Origin: Adineta vaga | Lineage: Eukaryota > Animalia > Rotifera | Reading direction: 5' to 3' | Assembly (NCBI GenBank): GCA_021613535.1 | Contig: CP075497.1 | Span: 10,416,001 to 10,480,000 of the forward strand | DNA: 64,000 nucleotides | Shown here: piece by piece, positions 1 to 12,252 of the stretch | Numbering within the stretch: position 1 is the first letter of the stretch | How the letters are laid out: every line of letters begins with the position of its first letter | Notes under the pieces: model-generated | Told to the model about the DNA's origin: nothing | What the model saw: only the letters and a program-made list of their open reading frames with translations | Database searches by the model: none | Program-made: the position numbers and the translations under genes

Positions 1-279
1 TCTGATCAGAAAGCAAGAAGAATATGATTTTTGATCGAAGAGTTCGTTTTGGTATTATTTTCCTTTTATTTGATTCAATGAAAAATCTAAACTAAAATTT
101 GTTTTATCAGTTGAAATTTGAGATGATTAAATTCTGTTATTCATTAGAAATGAAACGATTGATCATTATCAGTCATTCATTTGTTTTAATTCAAGGTTAA
201 CAAGAAGAGAAAAGAAAACGAACTTGATAACCAAACTTGTATTTATTCATTTGATTTGATTTTGTTTTACATACAAACA

Positions 280-1209
280 ATGAAATCTCGACCTGTTACA
301 ATTATTTCGACAAATGCAACGTCAACACCAACAAAACGAACATTATTTCGTATTGCATTAACAGTTGCTTTATCTGGTACAATTGCTGTTAGTACAATAT
401 TAATTCTTCATGGTGGATTAGCACTTGGTCGACTTCGATATTTTGTTGATGTTGGCCAATATCCTCTTCATATAACAGCAGTATTCCTAATTATTCTTGG
501 TCTTCTTTCATTAACTACGTTCATTATCTTAACTATTGGAATAGTGAAAGTGAACAAAACACTCACCGTTCTAGCTGCTGTTCTATTAGGAATTTGCTCA
601 CTTTGTCTTATTGCATTCAGTGCTTGGTCATTTATAACAATTACCACTGGACACATACCAGTATCAGTTAATAATACAATCGTCAAAGAATTAGAGCAAA
701 CTCAATTCAGTTATGGAATTGGAAATAATATTATTGTAGACAATACAAATACAATGGCAAGATTAGAGAAACAACATCGTTGTTGTGGACTCACAGATCC
801 AACTGAAGAGTATCGAAGTCGACAACAAGCATCATTTGGTTCATTGAATCCTTCACCATCATCCGGTGGAAGTGGAAATAGTCGAAGTCGACCAATATCT
901 ACACAACGAAACTCGGGAACATCAGGTCTTTCTATTGTACTACCAATCAGTTGTTGTAATCAAAAATATCTTTCAACTGATAATCTATGTGTTGATATGT
1001 TTGCAAATAATACTAATCCAATCAATCGCTATAATATAAATGGTTGCTATTCAACTGTTACTAATTATAAATTTGAACGTATTCAACGGCAAGGTTTTAC
1101 AACAATTGTTGCTGCATGTTTAGCAGTAATTAGTTGCGTTGCACTTGCAGCTGTAATTCGACTTTTAGGCGAAGGTTATCAAGTAATTCCATTACGTACT
1201 GCGACATGA
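280..1209 (+). CDS. Tetraspanin-family protein, intronless
   Basis: First ATG at 280. Three N-terminal hydrophobic helices, then a large extracellular loop with CCG (HRCCGL), PxSCC (PISCC) and a distal GC (INGCY), then a fourth TM and a short tail. Confidence 0.85.
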   Translation: MKSRPVTIISTNATSTPTKRTLFRIALTVALSGTIAVSTILILHGGLALGRLRYFVDVGQYPLHITAVFLIILGLLSLTTFIILTIGIVKVNKTLTVLAAVLLGICSLCLIAFSAWSFITITTGHIPVSVNNTIVKELEQTQFSYGIGNNIIVDNTNTMARLEKQHRCCGLTDPTEEYRSRQQASFGSLNPSPSSGGSGNSRSRPISTQRNSGTSGLSIVLPISCCNQKYLSTDNLCVDMFANNTNPINRYNINGCYSTVTNYKFERIQRQGFTTIVAACLAVISCVALAAVIRLLGEGYQVIPLRTAT

Positions 1210-2865
1210 ACATTAGTGTTTACTAATAAACTGAAGTTTCTCTTTCTCTCACTCTTCTTCTTCTTCTTCTTCTTCGCTGTTAAGATCGATGTGTTTAACA
1301 AATAAAACTCAACGTAGACTTTGTTTATTTGATATAACTGATAAACAAAACTTGTTTATTTATAAGAATGATCCAAAGAGATCAAAATCGTGTCTAATAT
1401 AAAAGCAATAAGCCATAAATGAAGCCTATTTTATTGTATATAACAAAAATCTTAATTAATTTTTCTACCCATCATAAATAATTGACTAAAGTTTGTCATG
1501 CTATTTACTCAATCTTTGTTTTACGTGACTAAAATTTCATTGATATCTATAGGCTTTTCATTTTACAATAAATCTACATATTTGATCTAATTCCCATCAA
1601 AGAAATTGTAGAGCTTTTTATGATCTTTGTTATTCCAACTAAGAAAGGATAGATTTCTAACTATCAATATTTATTTTGCGTTCTGCTATATTTCTTTCAC
1701 ATCAGATCGTTGTCTATCCATTGGTACACATAAATCATTTCCTTATTTCTTACAAAAGGTATATTCATAAATCTTTTCTTTTCATTCAAAGAATAACGAA
1801 CAAATATTGTTCTGTTAATTTTCTCTATAATAAGTCATTCGGGAAAACTAAGAGCAGAAAAATTCAATGAAGACAAATGATCAATTCAATCCTTTCGTTC
1901 TCTATACAAAGATCTACACATAATAGATTTCTAATAGAATATCTAATAATTAGAAATGTCAATAAAGCGAGAGAGAGAGAGAAAAAGAAGATTGGATTTT
2001 TCTTTCTGTCCTTTTTAATCTTCTTTTATCTTCTAAAATAAATCGAGCTTATTAGAGAAAATAGGAGTTTTTTCTTTATTACAATCTCCCAAGAGGGACA
2101 GAGCTTTAAGCAATAGAACAAAATAGGGAAAAACGAAGTGTGAAAATAAACATTAAAATAACTTCAAATCTCTATTAAACAACCAAAGTACTATTCTGAT
2201 ATCTAATTACGAGTGTTCTATTGGCTAAGCATAAAAATATACAGCCTATTACTTGACTAATGCTCAGTTCGGTGGAGAAAAATCAAAAAAACAAGATAAC
2301 ACAACAACAACAATGACATCAACAATATAACCGTCTTCATCGCTCATTTTCTTTCTTCGTTCTTTCTGCATGTCATATGAGTTCTTCTTTTTTGGTAGCT
2401 GAACACTTCTTTCGCGGTGCATGCATGCATATGTGCTTTCAAGGCTAGTTCTTGTTTAGTCGAAAGACTATGCGGAAACTGAGACAAAAACAGAGGAAAA
2501 AGAAAGAATAAGAAATAACGAAGAAGAAACAACTAGAAAAATGACTTTCTTATTTTAATGGAAGAAACAAGTAAGATTCTCTCTTTCGCGAATGCTTCTT
2601 CTTCTCCTTTTTCTTCTTTTTTTTTGTTCTCTTAAAGGATAATATGTTATAGACAAGAAAAAAAAACAAACTTGGTCATCCATTATTTAATGACAATCGT
2701 TGAATTTATATTTTGATGATGCCTCACGGGCATAAACACATCTTATGGAACAATAGGATAAGTTTGACTTAAATATCTTCATCTCATAAGATTAGTGATA
2801 AGTAATACTCAATGTTCTAATAATCTATTTGAATCAACAGTTTATTTCAGATAGAATAGAATAGT

Positions 2866-3633
2866 ATGTGTGATCAACCAATACAAATTGCTGTTCTGGG
2901 TGATAAATCTGTTGGTAAAACAGCTATTATTCGTCAATGGTTATACAATGATTTTTCCACCTTATATTCTGAAACAAATTTAGCTTCATATCATTTTACT
3001 TCTTTGTTTAATGGTCATCGATTATTTCATATTCGTATTATTGATACACCACGTTTTGATGATACAAATAATACTGATCCTCAACAAGAATGGGTTCGAA
3101 TGTATTGTTTTCGTCGTGCACATTTATTCTTGTTAGTATTTGATATTAATCGTGAAGAAACATTCAATTATATCAAACATATCTATCGTGAAATAGTCCG
3201 TGTACGTCTAGGTCATACTCATCATCATCATCATCACCATCATTCACATTCACATTCTCATCATCAATCTCAAATTCTTGCCGATTTGACCAGTGGTGGT
3301 GATGATGATGAACCACAAATAACAACAATATCAACAAAAGCTTATGTACCTGTGATTGTTGTAGCAAATAAAGTTGATTTAATATCAACCGATTTACGTT
3401 TTTCCAATATAACACTAACAAATTCTCGTGATATACAACAATTTGTAAAGAAGAATTTTAAAGCTAATACAATTCAATGTTCAGCAAAATATCATTGGCA
3501 TTTAGTTCTATTATTTAAAGAAGTTTGTCGTATGTTAGAAACGGTTGAAGATACTGTTGCTAAACAAGCTGCACAACAAGCACGAAGACGACTTCATCGA
3601 CAACATCATGGCAAACATTGTGGCGTTATGTAA
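2866..3633 (+). CDS. RASL10: Ras-like small GTPase, RASL10 family, with a His-rich insertion
   Basis: IAVLGDKSVGKTAIIRQWLYNDFS, QEW, NKVD (G4) and CSAKYHWHLVLLF match RASL10A/B signatures (RQFLYNEFS, CSAKYNWHILLLF). C-terminal CAAX is CGVM. Confidence 0.8.
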   Translation: MCDQPIQIAVLGDKSVGKTAIIRQWLYNDFSTLYSETNLASYHFTSLFNGHRLFHIRIIDTPRFDDTNNTDPQQEWVRMYCFRRAHLFLLVFDINREETFNYIKHIYREIVRVRLGHTHHHHHHHHSHSHSHHQSQILADLTSGGDDDEPQITTISTKAYVPVIVVANKVDLISTDLRFSNITLTNSRDIQQFVKKNFKANTIQCSAKYHWHLVLLFKEVCRMLETVEDTVAKQAAQQARRRLHRQHHGKHCGVM

Positions 3634-3934
3634 AACATGTTGTTCTTTTTTACATGACTTCCTTTCTTTTTTCAATGTGTCAAGCAACAGATTCATGTTT
3701 TTAAGGAAGTGAGAGATAGACATGATCTTTTTTTTTCTTTTCTTTTGCTCTTTTATGGAACATTAACTATTAAAACTAGTACTTGTGCCTTATTGTCGTC
3801 TATATATACATATATGTTTGTTTTGATTTAATCTAGAAAAATAAATTTATTTATGAATGTTTTGATAAAATTTGAGAGAACATGTAGAGAATGATCTAGA
3901 CATCGGAAATTTAAGAAAAGTGCTTTTCTTAAGA

Positions 3935-3947
3935 GGTCAATATGACC
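3935..3947. promoter_or_regulatory. Candidate IR3 nuclear-receptor element (GGTCAnnnTGACC) upstream of the P450
   Basis: GGTCA-ata-TGACC is read directly, about 950 nt upstream of the CYP ATG. Function is not shown. Confidence 0.3.
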
Positions 3948-4892
3948 AGTCTTTAAGAATTAAATCAAAGGAAACAATTTTGACGTAAATAATTACCATC
4001 AATGCGTTCTTTTCCATGAAAACAGTAAAAAGAGAATTATTTCCGGTCATATCGTCACCGACTACAATAAAAACAACTCTATTTATATTTTTATAAATTA
4101 AATCTTGATGACGTCGACGTCTCAGACTTCACAATGAAGTTTTAAAATCATTGCTGAAAACAAGAATATTAAAGCTTTATGTAAAAGTAGATGAACTATT
4201 TTTTACAATAAAAATCCGAAGAATCATTTTCATAATATTGATCATGGAAATTCATTGAATTTAGTCCAATGATGATCAACAAAATATGACACTTTGTTAT
4301 TTTCTTTCATGTGATTTTGTGTGGGAGTATTTAAAAGTTTGCACAATTTGGTGCTAATTTGTTTCCTTACTGTTTAGCTCTCTATATAACTACCCACGTA
4401 CGAAAATACTTGAGACTTGTGTGGAAGTGTGTATGAGTCAAGTATTTTTATTTTTTACTACCTCCCTATGTCTTCTTTTTTTATAAACTACTTTTTTAGA
4501 AGAAAAAGAGAGAGAAAGGTAACAGACTCAAAGTCATGCCTTTACATGTCTATACGATGTAACGAATAATACGCTTTCATAATTTACTGGTTAATTACAA
4601 AATTATTTGACATCTTTTATTTAGACATCCTTTTTCCGTACGATTATTTCGCAAGAATAGAGAAACTTTATTTATCAATCCGTCCCGCTTCATACTAGAC
4701 AGAAGGGAAGTATGTAGACTATAGATGAGATATTATCATTATCTGTTTTTCAGGTAGTTATATAGTTTCAACTAATGAGAAGAAAACAATCTTCTGCTCT
4801 ATAAATATCATGTTTTCTACATTTTATTCCTTTCAGTCGGAGAGACTTTTACTTTATTTGATTGAAGATATTCTATCCGAGACGGCCAAGAC

Positions 4893-6559
4893 ATGTTCAC
4901 ATTCATCTTACTTTTAACTACCTTCATTTGTCTATTAGCAATCTATTTAATCCATATCCATCGGTGTTATTCGTTTTTCAAAAAATATGGTATCAAAGGT
5001 CCACAACCTACATTTTTACTTGGTAATCTAGCAGATTTCATTCGAACAAAACGTATTTCAATATCTATACATAATTGGACACAACAATTTGGTCGTATCT
5101 ATGGTTATTTTGAAGGTCATACACCGATATTTGTTATATCGGATCCAGATATTTTACATGAAATATATATCAAAAATTTTTCCAAATTTCATTCACGTCG
5201 TCAATTTCCATTAGAAGATCGTCGAACGGCACAAGGTATTCATCTATTCAGTGCAACTGGTAATGAATGGCGTCGTCAACGTGCAATTATAAATCCAACA
5301 TTTTCACCATTGAAAATGAAACGTATGCTACCACTTATTGAAGATTGTATTGAAAGATTCATGATGAAAGTAGATGAAAATATGAAAACATCAACGGAAG
5401 GTTTTGATATTTATAAATCATATAAATGTTTAACAATGGATCTTATTTGGCGTTGCTGTTTTAGTATTAAAACCGATATGCAAAGTGATCCAAATGATCC
5501 TTATTTAAAACGTTGTCAAGATGTATTTGCAAGAGAAAATAATACATATTTAGCAACAATTTTAGCTATATTTATTCCAGAATTACAACCAATTTGGTTA
5601 CGAATTCATTGTTGGATGAACAATATCAAAACACAACTTCGTCATGTATTACCAATGGGTAGCAAATTATTTGACGATGATCCAAATGAATGGTTAAAGA
5701 ACAATGTTAGTTATTTTATTGAACAAGCAAACATATCTCGAAGAAATAATAATGATCATAATGAAAATATTATTAAATCAACCGATTTACTTCAACTAAT
5801 GCTCGATACAACAAATGAAACAGATTTTACTGACATATCTCACGTAATATCTTTTGATGAAAAAACTTTCAGACAATATCTCTTTATGTATTATATTTCT
5901 TTTAGAATGGCGTCTCTGAACGAGCTTTGTCAATCAATGAAATCAAACAAAATATCTATTTATTTATGCTTGCTGGTTATGAAACGGCAAGTACAGCTCT
6001 TGCCTATATCACTCATGTATTAGCAACACATCCAGAAGAACAAAAGAAATTACAAGATCATATTGATTTTTATTTCAATGAATATGATAATCTCGATTAT
6101 GATCTTATCAATAAAATGGATTATCTCGATTATTTCATTCGAGAAACTTTACGTATGTATCCAATTACACCTATTATTATCAATCGAGAATGTTCAGAAC
6201 AAATCGATATACCTGGTTTGGGTCGAATACATCCAGGAACAAAATTAACATTAGATATGTACAATTTACACTATGATAATGACTTATGGGGACCTATAGA
6301 TACGAAGAAATTCTATCCGGAAAGATTTGCTACTAAACGACATCCAGCTGCATGGATTCCATTTGGTGTAGGTCCACGTAAATGTGTTGGTATGAGATTT
6401 GCACTTACGGAAATGAAAATTGTTGTTATTCGACTTTTACAAAAGTATACGGTATTATCAACAGTAGTTTTGAATGATAGTGATTTAGAATTAGTTGAAT
6501 TGGTGACAATTTCACCAAAACAAGTACCAATTCGATTGGAACCACGAACAAACAAATAA
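4893..6559 (+). CDS. Cytochrome P450, CYP3 clan; 2 exons (intron 5844-5905)
   Basis: N-terminal anchor plus GPQP hinge, WRRQR C-helix, AGYETAST I-helix, ETLR, PERF and heme motif PFGVGPRKCVG. A 62-nt GT-AG intron joins the two ORFs in frame. Confidence 0.93.
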
Positions 6560-7670
6560 ATAGATAAAAGAGAAGAATCTCATTTGTCAATCATATTGAC
6601 ATTAATTAACATAAAGTCACTTGTATAGATGTTTTCGAATTGGTGTACACATTTATTCGGATTGATATTGTCCTTTTGTTTTCTTGTAATGTAAAACAGT
6701 CGTTTTAAAAACATAAAAATTTAATTGAATTTTGTTAAGGTATATAATACTGTCTTATCATTGGATATCTTTAGTAGAAAAAACATATTTTTTTTTCTCA
6801 TCTAATTAGAAATATATTCTCTTATTTCAATAGAAAAGTTCATGATGACATTGTTACGAAACATGTATCATTTACTCTGAATTTCAATTGAACTTTAAGA
6901 ACATTTTTTATATCGATATGGATTATCATAAAAGGATTTGAAATCGAATAAGTAGCTCAAAAATTGATAACATCAATAATTATAAATCTTCAATTGAAAT
7001 GTGTTGTTTATTTAAAGAACAAAAATTGAAAGAAATTTTATTTTTCTCAACTTTTTCATGATCATCTAACATGTTAATCTGTTGTATGCATCTAAAACAA
7101 CAAAAACACCGCATTTTCAAAAATAGATTTCTTTGTTAATATTCAGTAAACAAAGATTATGTGCGGAAATTTCATTCGAATAGTTCTTATAAACATTTTT
7201 CGTTCGTACATTAGAAATTTTTTCGAAAACATGATAGTTATCTTTCAATTCAAAAAATATGAATATAGTTGCTTTTTTTTGTCTTCAGTATAATCCTTCT
7301 GAATATATCTATATATAGAATAAACAGAATGCAAATAAGCAAACATAGGCACGTAGAGATAGATAGATAGAGATAGATCGATAGAAAGAAAGAGAAAGAG
7401 AATATTAAGAAAGACACCAATTGACTAGCTTAGTTATGCACATGCACATTTGGCTTTCTCGTTCTCTATCCAGACATGATTGTCTTGTCTTCTTTCAATT
7501 CTGATTATTTGTATTTAGCCAGTCTGTCATTCTTCATTCATTCGTAAGAATTTCTATTCGTTAGAAAGAAAAATAAATAAATTATATCTTAAATTTATTT
7601 TTCTACCTTATCGTTCAATTTAGAATATGTAGATACGATAGATAAATCATTTTAGATCAATAATTCATTC

Positions 7671-8429
7671 ATGTCAACGTCTCTGCCACCATCGACTTCG
7701 TCAAGACCGAATGATTTTTTTGATTTACCGGAAGAAGCTAGAGCTGATGATCAATATGTAGTCGAAAAAATTCTTGCTAAACGACGAAATCGAAAAGGCA
7801 AATGGGAATATTTACTTAAATGGGCTGGATGTAAGTTTATAAAGTAATTTTTTTTCAATTATTCATATCATGAACATTTCTTGATTTTAGTTGGTGATGC
7901 TGATAATACTTGGGAAAGTCAGAATGATATTCATCCTGATTTAATTGCTGAATTTGAACGTCAACAAGTTGAAGCAGACGCTTCCAATCCAATCTATTCA
8001 GTGATAGGTGAAGATCAACCTCAACCTCAACTTCAAAAATCACGTGTATCAGTATCAGCACCTACATCATCATTAATTCAAACAGAATCACCACCACCTA
8101 AAAAGAAAAAGAAAACATCAAATTCAGTTATTTTAACTTCAGCAAATACAAAATCACCAGCATCATCGTTTTCATCTTCAACAATAGCAGCCGCAGCAGC
8201 AACAGATGAAGTACGAAAAAAAGTCTTCGGTGTAGAAAAAGGTTGGCGTGTACGAGCAGTCATTGGAGCAGCTAAACAAAAAGATTCATCAGTTTTATAT
8301 GCTGTTGATTATGTTCAAGGTTCACCAGTATTACGTGAATATGTTCCATCAGAAGTAGCACATATTTACATTCCACGTGAACTAATAGAATTTTTTCAAA
8401 AAAAAATTGTATGGAATACACCAAAATGA
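7671..8429 (+). CDS. HP1/chromobox-like protein (chromodomain plus divergent chromo-shadow domain); intron 7831-7890
   Basis: YVVEKILAKRRNRKGKWEYLLKWAG|FGDADNTWE chromodomain, basic hinge PPKKKKK, and a shadow-like C-terminal domain FGVEKGWRVRAVIGA...VPSEVAHIYIPRELIEFFQKKIVW. Confidence 0.88.
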
Positions 8430-8911
8430 CAGCAATAATGTACAAAAAAAACTGATCTTGAGTGAGTCTGATGTGATTTGTATATCTCTATATATTGTTT
8501 TTTCTTCTTCGTGTCAGATATGTTATGTTTCTTTATATATATATATATACCTGTGTAACTTTGATCTCTAGTTTTTTTGTCTCTTTTTTTCTTTTTTTTC
8601 CTATGAAAAATTAACATATCTTAAATATATATATTCAGATGTAGTTAGGCATGATGAACAGCGAACTCTAGGAAACCTTTTTCTATTGGAGAATTTCTTT
8701 TGGCCAATATAAGGAAACGACGAAGTCTACACGCACGTGCTTTACAGTGCATATTTATTTAGTACGCATACAATAGAAGCGGGTTACTATATATATGTGT
8801 GTATTTTCTTTTATCTTTACTTCGTATATGCGTTTGATTTTTTACAAACGACGAAAGAAGAATGATGTTACTATTTTAGATATTTTACTAAGAAAAAAGT
8901 TTATTATCGCA

Positions 8912-9463
8912 ATGAGTAGTACTGAAGGTATTCCAATCCGTCGTTTGGTTGTAAATGATCCCAAAGATATGCCACTTCATTATGGTGAAACACCAGGTGG
9001 AAGTATTTTCTCAACAACACCAGGAGGTAAAACAAATCTCATTTGAATTTACAAAGAGAATCGAAATTGTTTGTATTAATCTAGGAAGTCGTATTTATTA
9101 TGATCGAGCTTTTCTACTTTCTCGTCGCGATTCACCTATGACACGTTCACCACCGACTTTACCATTTATACCGGAAGGTTAGTGAGATGAAATGAAATGA
9201 AAGAGTAGAAAAACGAAAATGTATTTGTATGTAGTTACATTGATTCCGGAACCTGAAAAGGGTGGTAATATTGTTGAAAATGGTCATAATGCAGATAAAA
9301 AAGAACGAGCAGGTTCATCAATTGATAAATCGAATTTATCAAAAACAAATCATTCAACAACGCCAACATCGGCTAAAAAAGGTAAATGAATTGATTTGCT
9401 TTTGTCATTCAAAACTTAACCGTTTATGTAGAAGGTGATGATCAATTTTCAATGGATATGTGA
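8912..9463 (+). CDS. EIF4EBP: eIF4E-binding protein (4E-BP); 4 exons
   Basis: YGETPGGSIFSTTPGG phosphosites, YDRAFLL (YxxxxL-phi eIF4E-binding motif), IPEVT, and C-terminal TOS motif FSMDM followed by stop. Confidence 0.93.
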
Positions 9464-10706
9464 TCTTCGTTATTTTTGTTTCTTTGTTGTATGAAAAACA
9501 AAATCATGTTCGAAGTTATCGATATTATCATTAAAAAACTGATATATCTGCTCGTTGATTTTTCATTTTTTTTCTTCTTCTTGTATTAACCAAATCCTTC
9601 GATATAGAACAGTTTATTTTCTTCTACTCTCCGGTGTGCTTATTTTTCTTTTGTTCTATATATGAAACAGTTTCGTTTGGATGTTATTAGATTAGATATT
9701 TGTTTTTTTCTTCTTTTTTTATTTTTCGTGTACATGTCCTTCTGTCAACAAACTTGTCATTGAATGTTTCATATATATATATATTCATATATGTTTTGGT
9801 TCTGTCTTGCTCAAAAACAAAAAAAAAAGGGAAAATCGAAGAGAAGAATGGAAGATTCTTCTTGTTGGTCATTGTTCTATGGTGTTTTGCCTAGTCTTGT
9901 GAAAAAAGAAACTAACCGTTTTGTTTTGTTCTTTCTTTTTTTTTCTTCTTCTCTTTGTAACAAAAAAAAAAACAATAAAATAAAACCAAAACTGGCTCAT
10001 CGTGAAAATCTATTCGAATAATATTTTATTTCTCTTTTGTTATCATTAAGAATAAACACAGACAATCTATCTCTCCTTTTAAAACTATATACACGACGCA
10101 ATATAACATGTAAACTATAATAATTTAATAGCGATGTTATTCTCATTAAGAAGCAATCACTAACGTACGAAATTTCGCACGTGTATAAATGAAAGGTTAT
10201 GTTGTTCTGAATATCATGTGATTACTGCATGACGGGAGATGTCATACGTCAGCGATCAGGGAGAATTTGATTTTCTTATTTATCTAACGATCTTAAGCAT
10301 TGAGTATATTTCGCGATGTTCAAAAGCAGAAATGTTTTCTTACATCTACTTGTGTAATATTCTATTTTTCATGACGTCAATAATTCGAAAACAAGGCATC
10401 TATTTTGACGAACACGTGCAAATGTTTTCGGTAACCATAGTAATAGAGTATTTGAATTCTTTGACGAACAAATATAAATAGAACATTATTCTGGTACAAT
10501 AATGACTTAAATTTTCGTTCTATTTTTATATATCGTATGTTAATCTTGTTGAAATGCATTCTTGACTAATAAGAGACGCGTGTTGGACTTTTATAATAAT
10601 TTTATTTTAAAGACAAGACTATATCAGTCTTTAGACTTACATTTCGTGTTTATAGAATAAAATTTAAGTATATTGATTCTATTCATTCTGCCGAAAAGTG
10701 AATGTT

Positions 10707-11581
10707 TTATTGTATCCATTTTTGTTTCATATTATTTAATGATAATCGTGGTCGTTGATAGAAAGAACATGCACGTTCACATTCATACCGAGACTCAAAA
10801 CGATTTTGATTACCACCGCAACCACCCCAAACAAAAGTTTGACAGATACTTAATTGAGGATTATAATAATATTGTTCAATAAATGCTCGACATGGGCCAA
10901 TATCTGGAAATTGTTGACAGATATACATATTATTTGTTATGGGTGATCTAGTCGTAGAAACTCCTCCAGTTCCTAGATAGACTAATAATAGCGAGGTAAA
11001 AATTCGAAATTATCATACCAGGATATGTAGTTATTCCAACATTTTTCATTATAACATTAATTGGATTGATTGGTGTTGGTATTAATTGTACAGGTGTATA
11101 TTGATCATTGATATAGAGTAATTGACCATCTTTTTCAATACGTGCTTGAATAGCATATTGTCGGATTGTATTTCCATTTTGTTGAACTTGCATCATTGAA
11201 TATGGAATTTCAAAAGCAATTGGAAAACGATACGATCCATAGAGAACAACTGTATTTAATGGTCGAGATGGTACATCTTGAAGAGAAACATCAACAAGTG
11301 AAACACTTATTTGTGAACCATATGGTAATGCAGTTGTATCATCATTAAGAAGATTTCCACGAACAGTTGGTTGATCTAACAAGATATAAAAGAAGAAGAA
11401 GAGAAAGTAATTCTTTTATGTCTTGTTATAAATACTCAATTGTCTTACTTTGTTGTATGCCTTGATTCCATGTTGAATAAGTTGACCATGAATTGAAATT
11501 ATTATTCGGATATCGTCCTTGCTGATAATAGTATTGTGTATGAACCGATGAAATGAATAGTAAGAGAAGAATAAAAAACAT
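10707..11581 (-). CDS. Secreted YbaY/YscW-like domain plus Kunitz (BPTI) inhibitor fusion; introns 11376-11448 and 10973-11018
   Basis: Signal peptide MFFILLLLFISSVHT. Middle exon ALPYGSQISVSLVDVSLQDVPS...FPIAFEIPY...YAIQARIEKDGQLLYIND. Last exon is a six-Cys Kunitz domain CQQFPDIGPCRAFIEQYYYNPQLSICQTFVWGGCGGNQNRFESRYECERAC. Both introns are GT-AG and phase-consistent. Confidence 0.82.
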
Positions 11582-12252
11582 TTTTTCTAATAGTACGTTA
11601 ATAATAATTGATCGAAGCATTAATGTTAAGGTAGGAAAGCAAAGAATACTCCTTTTTATTCTCTTTATCCTGTCAAACTTTATCGAAATGTCATGATCTA
11701 TTCCGTTATACTTTCATTTGCTCGAAGGAACTGACAATATGAAAGAAAGTAGATTAGCTTTCAGATAAAAATCGATGACATATTTTACTAGTCTATTTGT
11801 ATCAATGAAAAACGATATGTAAAGATAATTGATTGCGTGTACAAAACAAAGGTCATCAGAGCATCCAAAACGAAATGTAAAAACATGACTTTCGAGAAGA
11901 AAAAAAAAACTCGATCGATGCTATTTGAGTACTTTATATTGACGATTTAACAATAATCCTTTTAAATACATCTCATGAGAAATAGTTATATCTATGATAA
12001 AAGTCTGTTCTTTTTTTAATTTATTTATCATTTTATACAGAAATAAAACAAAATGAAGAAATACATTTTATGACTAGTTTTGATTATATGATTGTGATTC
12101 TGTCGCAATATCAGATCCAAACTTAATATTCTTCATATACATAACCAACTTTTGTTGTTTTTGTTAAAATACGTGCAATATTTGCATGTAGAATTACATT
12201 TTACAAACATCAATATATGTAATCAATAATCACCAAGAAATAAATCAATAAT

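Noticed and set aside
5844-6023. Overlapping P450 ORFs suggesting a frameshift
   Set aside because: Fully explained by a 62-nt GT-AG intron (5844-5905).
8703-8714. CArG-like box upstream of 4E-BP
   Set aside because: CCAATATAAGG has seven A/T between CC and GG rather than six; better read as a simple CCAAT box.
9687-10021. Short Phe/Lys-rich ORFs here and at 23715-23996, 43386-43755, 46238-47991 and 60425-61143
   Set aside because: Products of poly-T/poly-A and microsatellite tracts in UTRs or intergenic DNA; no protein-like motifs.
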